DNA from: an uncultured archaeon
GTDB lineage: Archaea; Thermoproteota; Bathyarchaeia; Bathyarchaeales; Bathycorpusculaceae
NCBI GenBank assembly: GCA_963810275.1
Contig: CAWENF010000021.1
Location: 1-64,000 of the forward strand
Direction: 5' to 3'
DNA: 64,000 bases
Part shown: positions 59,201 through 64,000 of the stretch, one piece after another
How positions within the stretch are numbered: position 1 is the stretch's first letter
How the letters are laid out: every line of letters begins with the position of its first letter
Notes under the pieces: model-generated
The model's database searches: none
Told to the model about the DNA's origin: nothing
Seen by the model: the letters and a program-made list of their open reading frames with translations, nothing else
Program-made: the position numbers and the translations under genes

Positions 59201-59488
59201 AATGCGGTTCAAGCTATGCCAAGGGGAGGAAAAATTACCATAAGAGCACGTTTGGAGTCAAATGACACACTTATTACTGTCACCGATACCGGCTATGGGA
59301 TTCCTGATAAAATCAAACCTAAACTTTTTACTCCATTTTTCACTACAAAATCTAAGGGGCAAGGATTGGGATTAGCTGTTGTCAAGAGAATGGTGGAAGC
59401 ATTAAACGGAACTATAACGTTTGAGAGCGTTGAAGGAAATGGCACAACATTTACTATACGCTTGCCTACTCAAAAAGCTAAAAAATAA
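56207..59488 (+). CDS. CheB-CheR-coiled coil-PAS-histidine kinase fusion
   Basis: GASAGG/QHL/GTGSDG CheB triad; TSFFRE, GCATGEE and CRN CheR motifs; NEELQS repeats; GHDIRNPL kinase. Confidence 0.93.
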   Translation: MEEIGISEKKTTKQKVEKFSNQNKQGLIVVGIGASAGGLEAFKSLFESLPVDTGLCFVVIQHLSPGQESMLTDILSRFTKMPVKAVKDKMAVEPDHVYVIPPGTILTMENKTFNLNPAAKTIKPIDTFFISLAEDSQNQSIGIVLSGTGSDGTAGLKAIKTQGGITFAQTPSSAQYGDMPISAISAEVVDFILPPEKIASELQKIAENPQLARNEIVARAEEERKEAKPKKESALSAIFTMLKSSCNVDFSHYKETVVNRRVTRRMVINHIKKIENYKEFLRAHPKEIEALYNDMLIGVTSFFREPETFAALKETVFPNLVNNRSSKDPIRIWIPGCATGEEAYSFAIAIQEYIEDNSLPNIQVQVFGTDVNEKNIEKARQGNYPKNIETDVPEKILKHFFKNINDNYLIAKNIRDMCVFAKQDITADPPFSNMDLVSCRNMLIYFDQYLHERVVPILHYALKTGGFLVLGQSESIGKFTNLFEPIKKTSIYTKKRAQPTITFGLQISAPYGQKAKEVKIGEKKDALSILKDEVDRLLVTEYVPAALLVNSNSDVLLFRGNIAPFVLPESGLASFNVAKIIRKELKSEVQTMIYRAKKENKPIKENALRLEFAGEQRTINLQVIPLHIEQFEEPFFLILIEDVSSAALLLRHTLELASTPKGHENAKDRQIKELREELDATKFSLQKIIETQEATNEELRTAMEEAQSSNEELQSTNEELETAKEELQSSNEELKTLNDEVKNRNETLAHLNNDLVNLNRNIGPAIVIVDKGFKIKLLSPSAQRILNLLPTTIGLPITALRMRIKVEDLGILVSEVISRLHGITKEVTDEEGHYYDLQVKPYITLEDKIDGAVLSFTDIDDRKKLEKSLRLAAIGETAGMVGHDIRNPLQAIIGDVFLLRDYLTTMPKVPIKKDIAEGLDEIEKNIEYINKIVADLQDYARTVQSSPQEIDLEALCDELIHGITVPDNIEASCYIDDSANRIFIDSNLIKRAIGNLVSNAVQAMPRGGKITIRARLESNDTLITVTDTGYGIPDKIKPKLFTPFFTTKSKGQGLGLAVVKRMVEALNGTITFESVEGNGTTFTIRLPTQKAKK

Positions 59489-60365
59489 TGGTCCTACAAG
59501 TTGGACTTACCTTTCTAAATCTTGATTTGCAAAAAAATGGATTCAAAATGAAATTCAATAAACTCGTTTTTTGAACTTTTCTGTTTTAAAGCTTTTTCAC
59601 CTATTTTATCTAAAACATGATTATAAAGAGCTATCTTGACAGAATGCTTCTGACTGCCGAATTCAGAGACAGGATTATCAACAGCTGTTATTTAAAACAT
59701 AATAGAACGTAAAAACAGCTTTTTTCTGTAAAATAAGCCCTATCTTGCCTCTGAGCAACATATACATGTGATGGTTACACGCTTCTTAAAGAGCATGTAA
59801 TCTCACTTCGTCCCTTCAAAATCATAGAATCAGCAGCTGACAAGCCGATGCAGATTGCTAAAGTTGCTATGGCTGCTAAGATGTCTCGCAACTTTAACGT
59901 TTACACTCCAGATGAGCTTTCGGTTTTTGCTGAGAAGCTGATTAATGCTCTGGTCCTAACACAGCTCCGTTGAGACTGCTACAGGCAAAGTTACCCAATG
60001 GAACTACATAGTGTGACTAGCCAAAGTTCGCTCTGTGTGGCTGAAGTCTACGACAAACGATAGCCGACAAAGTTCACAATAGCCTCATTCAGCATGTCAG
60101 TATAGGCGCTGACTAGACATCCTTGATGTGTTGGATGTTAAAGAGTCGCAGGGTCTTTTCAACCTGGAACTATCCCTTGTCACGGTCCCAGACGTTCAAG
60201 AAACCAACATAAAAGTAATGAAAGGTAGAGAACAAACAGATAGAAAAAAGCTATCCTTAACCGAAGACAAACTCTTTTTTTAAGGAAAACAGTAAAAATT
60301 CAATAACACCTATTAAAAGCGTAAAAATTTTAAACTTTATATCTCATCATAGGCTTTAGGCGTTC

Positions 60366-60848
60366 ATGCCAGAACCAAAAAATGGTCGACCAATATTCTT
60401 CCCAGAAAAACTGGTGATTTTGGGCAACCTCGCTCTCTTCATATGGATTGTTCTAGACACAGTCGCTTTCCTGCTGTATGACACAACCGCTGGCATCGCA
60501 TTTTTCATAGTTTCGCTAATTGCAATTTACGGTGTACTCAACTTCCTTGGGTGTTTGCGTCCATGCTATAACTGTATAAAATGCACGCACGGCATGGGAC
60601 GGTTAGCAGCTTTGTACTTTGGCAGACGCATATTCAAAGACTACAAATATAACTACAAACTACCCACGGCAATATTTTTCTCTCTATTTGTAGGTGCGTT
60701 TCCGGCGGCATTTGCACTTTACTCAGCAGTAATAGATCTCACGATAACTAAAGTGGTGGTTTTTGTGATTCTTTTAGCGTTTACACTCTTCAGCGCCTCA
60801 ACGTGGCGACCCAAAAAACGTCGACCCAAAAATGGCAATACCAATTGA
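60366..60848 (+). CDS. Membrane protein with a CxxxCxxCxxC motif
   Basis: Four TMs; CLRPCYNCIKC. Confidence 0.7.
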   Translation: MPEPKNGRPIFFPEKLVILGNLALFIWIVLDTVAFLLYDTTAGIAFFIVSLIAIYGVLNFLGCLRPCYNCIKCTHGMGRLAALYFGRRIFKDYKYNYKLPTAIFFSLFVGAFPAAFALYSAVIDLTITKVVVFVILLAFTLFSASTWRPKKRRPKNGNTN

Positions 60849-60869
60849 AAGAAGCAAAACAAGGCGGTT

Positions 60870-60903
60870 GCCACACCACAGACGCACTTATCTTGCTTCT
60901 ACC
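60870..60903 (+). repeat. Degenerate copy of the tRNA-Lys 3'/downstream target sequence
   Basis: GCCACACCAcagACGcAcTTATCTTGCTTCTACC vs GCCACACCAgtcACGaAtTTATCTTGCTTCTACC at 50248. Confidence 0.7.
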
Positions 60904-61356
60904 ATCGTCTCTTTTGTAAAACCTTTAAGGGTTAAATCCAACTTAGGTTCATTTGTTTTTCCAATATTCAGTCAAATCTACTATTGGTGACTGTGTTTAA
61001 GCTATCACACAGTCTTAAAGGCAGATTTCCGAAGAATAAACTATGGGTAAAATTGGAAAAACCCATGCAGAAAATACCTTGTTTTTATCAAAGACACTTA
61101 CAAAAGATGAACCCAACCGATGAGAGGAACAAATATTGAGTCATCATGAAGTTTTTATGGATACTGCATTGCCTGATTCTTTTCCAAGCATACAACAACG
61201 AAAACAATCTACATTTCGCAGGGGACATTTTACGAGAGATAAAAGACGTAGCAAAAACAAGTACTCCACCTATAATCGTTCTAAAAGAACATTCAAAAGC
61301 ATAGTTAGCATGGGCTTGTCCTACAACCTTCCCTTTTGTTTTAGGAAGCGTTTTTT

Positions 61357-62772
61357 TTGGAGTACAAATGGATAGCTGCAACTGTCACAACCATAGGCAT
61401 TTTTATGGTTGGACTTGACGCACGCATTGTGATTATAGGATTACCGCAAGTCGCTTCCCAGTTAGGTGCAGATCCAGAGCAAGCGATATGGATCACGCAA
61501 TCTTATGTTTTAACTACCACAGTCTTGCTATTGCTTATTGGACGGCTGTCAGACATTTTTGGCAGAGTCAGGATTTACTGGATGGGATTTGCCATCTTTA
61601 CAGTTGGATCAGCTCTGACCAGTCTTGGTTTTAGTCCTCTTTCAGTCATAGTGTTTAGAGCCATACAAGGAGCTGGGGGTGCTCTTGTATTCGCCAACAG
61701 CATCGCAATAGTAACAGATGCTTCACCCCGTCGGCAGCTAGGATTTTTTGTTGGATTAAACCAAATCTCCTATCGAGCGGGCGCAATAATTGGCTTAACC
61801 TTAAGCGGTTTAATTTTGTCTTTCTTCGATTGGCGGGCACTTTTTTATTTAAATATTCCTGTAGGGGTTTTTGGCACTTTTTGGGCAAGAAAACAACTAA
61901 AAGAAGTAGCTTTGTTAGATAAGAACACCAAGATTGATTGGGTTGGGTTTTGTTTATTTGCAGTTTTCCTTTTAGCCTTAATGATTGCGTTAACAATTAG
62001 CGCTTATAGCGCTACTGGACTAGCGCCTGTAGTGGGGCTATTTTCGTTATCAGGGATTTTTTTGGTGTTGTTTGTTTTATGGGATAAAAATAGCAGCTAT
62101 CCACTGGTTGATTTTAAAATGTTCAAGATAAGGGAAGTTACGGGTGGGGTTGTTGCTGTCCTGCTTAACGTGATTGCTTGGGCAGCTATGCTTCTACTTC
62201 TAAGCCTCCAGTTTCAATTGGTCAATAATCAGACTCCGCTTGAGGCAGGGATTAGCATACTTCCTTTTGAGATTTCTTTTTTAGCTGTTGGTCCACTAAG
62301 TGGAACTTTATCTGATAGATTTGGGTACTCCCGGTTTATTCTAACCGGCTTAGGCTTAGGAAGCATCACGCTTTTTCTGCTATCAACAACTGGCGCTACT
62401 ACTTCGTACCCTATACTGGCTCTATATATGGTTCTAATGGGAATAGCAACTGGATTGTTTCTTGCACCAAACTTGCGGTCTGTAATGGGTGCTCTTCCCA
62501 TGCAGAGACGAGGAGTTGGTTCCGCTTTGGTTGCGCTTTTTCTAAATATAGGATTAACAATTAGTCTCAACTTTGCAATACTAATAATGTCCTTGACCGC
62601 ACCTTACGAATTAATCTCAAGAATTGTTTCTGGTATAGGTTCAGTCGCTGTAACTGCAGCCCAACAAGCTCTTTTTATGGAAAGTCTCAAGTCTGCTTAT
62701 TTTGTTATTGCAATCGTTAACGCCTTAGCTATTATTCCCTCGGTTCTCCAAATCAATAAGAGAGCACAATAA
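61357..62772 (+). CDS. MFS transporter, DHA2/EmrB-like
   Basis: GRLSDIFGR motif A, RAIQGAG, NIPVG and GTLSDRFG; about 14 TMs. Confidence 0.92.
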   Translation: MEYKWIAATVTTIGIFMVGLDARIVIIGLPQVASQLGADPEQAIWITQSYVLTTTVLLLLIGRLSDIFGRVRIYWMGFAIFTVGSALTSLGFSPLSVIVFRAIQGAGGALVFANSIAIVTDASPRRQLGFFVGLNQISYRAGAIIGLTLSGLILSFFDWRALFYLNIPVGVFGTFWARKQLKEVALLDKNTKIDWVGFCLFAVFLLALMIALTISAYSATGLAPVVGLFSLSGIFLVLFVLWDKNSSYPLVDFKMFKIREVTGGVVAVLLNVIAWAAMLLLLSLQFQLVNNQTPLEAGISILPFEISFLAVGPLSGTLSDRFGYSRFILTGLGLGSITLFLLSTTGATTSYPILALYMVLMGIATGLFLAPNLRSVMGALPMQRRGVGSALVALFLNIGLTISLNFAILIMSLTAPYELISRIVSGIGSVAVTAAQQALFMESLKSAYFVIAIVNALAIIPSVLQINKRAQ

Positions 62773-62971
62773 GCCTTTGAAAATCATTTAAAACAGCTAA
62801 TTACAGGAAAGTGAGAAAACAAAAAAATATAACAAATAATCTGAAAACTTAAAAACTCGCTTATAAGTCTATTTCTGAATTGGAATCAGTCAATCATGTG
62901 GTAGGTAATTGCCTCCAACAAAGCTATTTACAACCCCGCTTGCTTGTTTAATTTTAGTTGGAGGTTTTGTA

Positions 62972-63289
62972 ATGCTTGAAGGATGGGAATGGATAATCGT
63001 AGGTATAGTCGCTGTAGTAATTATTATATGGGGACCAACAAAAATTCCAGAGTTCGCCAAAGCATTAGGCAAAGCGAGGGGCGAATTCAGCAAAGCAACT
63101 AAAGAATTCACCCAAGCTGCAGCAGAGGTAGAACATGCAAAAACCGTTAATCCAAAAAACACCTCAAAAATAAGAGAGGAAGAATTAATTGAAACTGCTC
63201 AGAAACTTGGGATACCAACAGAGGGTAAAACGAGAGAGCAAATTTCAAGCGAAATATCCGCCAAAATAGGGCTTCTAACCGCGCAGTAA
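62972..63289 (+). CDS. tatA: Twin-arginine translocase TatA
   Basis: GWEW-TM-WGP.KIPE.AKALG.A.GEF; GGAGG SD before ATG 62972. Confidence 0.9.
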   Translation: MLEGWEWIIVGIVAVVIIIWGPTKIPEFAKALGKARGEFSKATKEFTQAAAEVEHAKTVNPKNTSKIREEELIETAQKLGIPTEGKTREQISSEISAKIGLLTAQ

Positions 63290-63336
63290 GTAATTTTACT
63301 CTTCATAGCGTAAAATAGTTTGAATCGGGAGTGTTC

Positions 63337-64000
63337 ATGCTTAGGGACGTAAATTCTTTTTGGGGACACATAAATGAGCTTACTAAGCGCATGAAAGTTG
63401 TCCTAATCAATTTTTTGGTAGCCACCTTCATTATGCTTTTGTTACCATCAAATGCTGATTTTTTGGGAACAACAAGCAACTATAAACCTTTGGTCTCAGT
63501 TTTTTTAAACACCGCCCGAAACTACGCGCTACCAGACAACGTTACACTATATGCTATTCAAATATCTGATCCAATTACATTGTATGCGGTTGCAGCAGTC
63601 CTTTTCGGAGCCGTCTTCACACTACCAGTATTCAGCTACGAAATCTACAAATTCGTAGACCCCGCACTTTTCGAAAACGAAAAAAAGTCTGTGTACCCAT
63701 TCGTAGCCATAGTTTCAGTCCTTTTCGCTATAGGAGCTATATTCGGATTCGTTTTTCTGTTTCCAACATTCATAAGCGCCATGTTTCCTTTCTTCTCTGC
63801 GGTGGGTGCGGAACTCATGTTCTCAATAATTGATTTCTACAACCTTTTCTTCTTCACCATAGTAATAAGCGGCTTCATATTTACAATCCCACCCTTCTTC
63901 GTGCTGCTCGTAAAATTCAACATAATAAAAACAAGCATGTTCAAAAATAAACGCAAATGGATCTATATAGGCATGGGAATCGCTGCACTTTTCATTTCAC
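63337..64000 (+). CDS. tatC: Twin-arginine translocase TatC (runs off the window end)
   Basis: FWGHINELTKRM, YEIYKFVDPAL..E motif; follows tatA; no stop before 64000. Confidence 0.88.
   Translation, partial: MLRDVNSFWGHINELTKRMKVVLINFLVATFIMLLLPSNADFLGTTSNYKPLVSVFLNTARNYALPDNVTLYAIQISDPITLYAVAAVLFGAVFTLPVFSYEIYKFVDPALFENEKKSVYPFVAIVSVLFAIGAIFGFVFLFPTFISAMFPFFSAVGAELMFSIIDFYNLFFFTIVISGFIFTIPPFFVLLVKFNIIKTSMFKNKRKWIYIGMGIAALFIS

Larger units (their letters stand above)
50248..60903. mobile_element. Second, older island at the same tRNA-Lys site carrying the kai/CheBR signalling cluster
   Basis: 34-bp imperfect direct repeat (29/34) at 50248-50281 and 60870-60903; MGE-like wHTH gene and pseudogenes inside; no integrase seen. 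Confidence 0.55.

Noticed and set aside
59500-60300. Gene in the gap after the CheBR kinase
   Set aside because: Only short stop-interrupted frames (e.g. KIIESAADKPMQIAKVAMAAKMSR); possibly a remnant, but no family can be supported.
150-64000. Many short antisense or overlapping ORFs in the ORF track (e.g. 2452..2757, 10163..10594, 31035..31457, 53796..54245, 58069..58419)
   Set aside because: They are shadows of well-supported genes on the other strand or frame and have no motifs of their own.

Overview
Archaeal chromosomal window, most consistent with Bathyarchaeia. This is an inference from the aEF-2 paralog, the tandem AORs, hdrCB-mvhGA, the two PurP paralogs and the 'RLAAIGxTAGMVGHDIRNPLQ' kinase family. 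Bases 1-41.8 kb are mostly housekeeping and metabolic genes: Dus, PepF, two AOR/ferredoxin cassettes, Hdr/Mvh hydrogenase, purE/purC/purP, aEF-2p, OGG1, MsrB and LsrF-like aldolase. A decayed AT-rich patch surrounds tRNA-Ile(CAT). The main finding starts at the 3' end of tRNA-Lys(CTT) (41822-41899). An ~8.3 kb element is bounded by a 14-18 bp target duplication and short CACACACA/TGTGTGTG inverted ends. Its only recognisable integrase is a stand-alone, casposase-like Cas1 with a C-terminal HTH. There is no cas2, no CRISPR array and no PolB. It instead carries an SSB-like protein, a minimal primase-like protein and an MCM-like ATPase, plus a Doc toxin-antitoxin pair, a Schlafen/AlbA_2 protein and two repressor/operator switches. 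It is therefore a candidate PolB-less, primase-helicase casposon. A second ~10.6 kb segment follows, flanked by a 29/34 bp direct repeat of the same tRNA-downstream site, and carries kaiC-kaiB-kaiB-PAS kinase and a CheB-CheR-kinase fusion. The window ends in MFS, tatA and a truncated tatC. All calls come from motif reading by eye; no searches were run.
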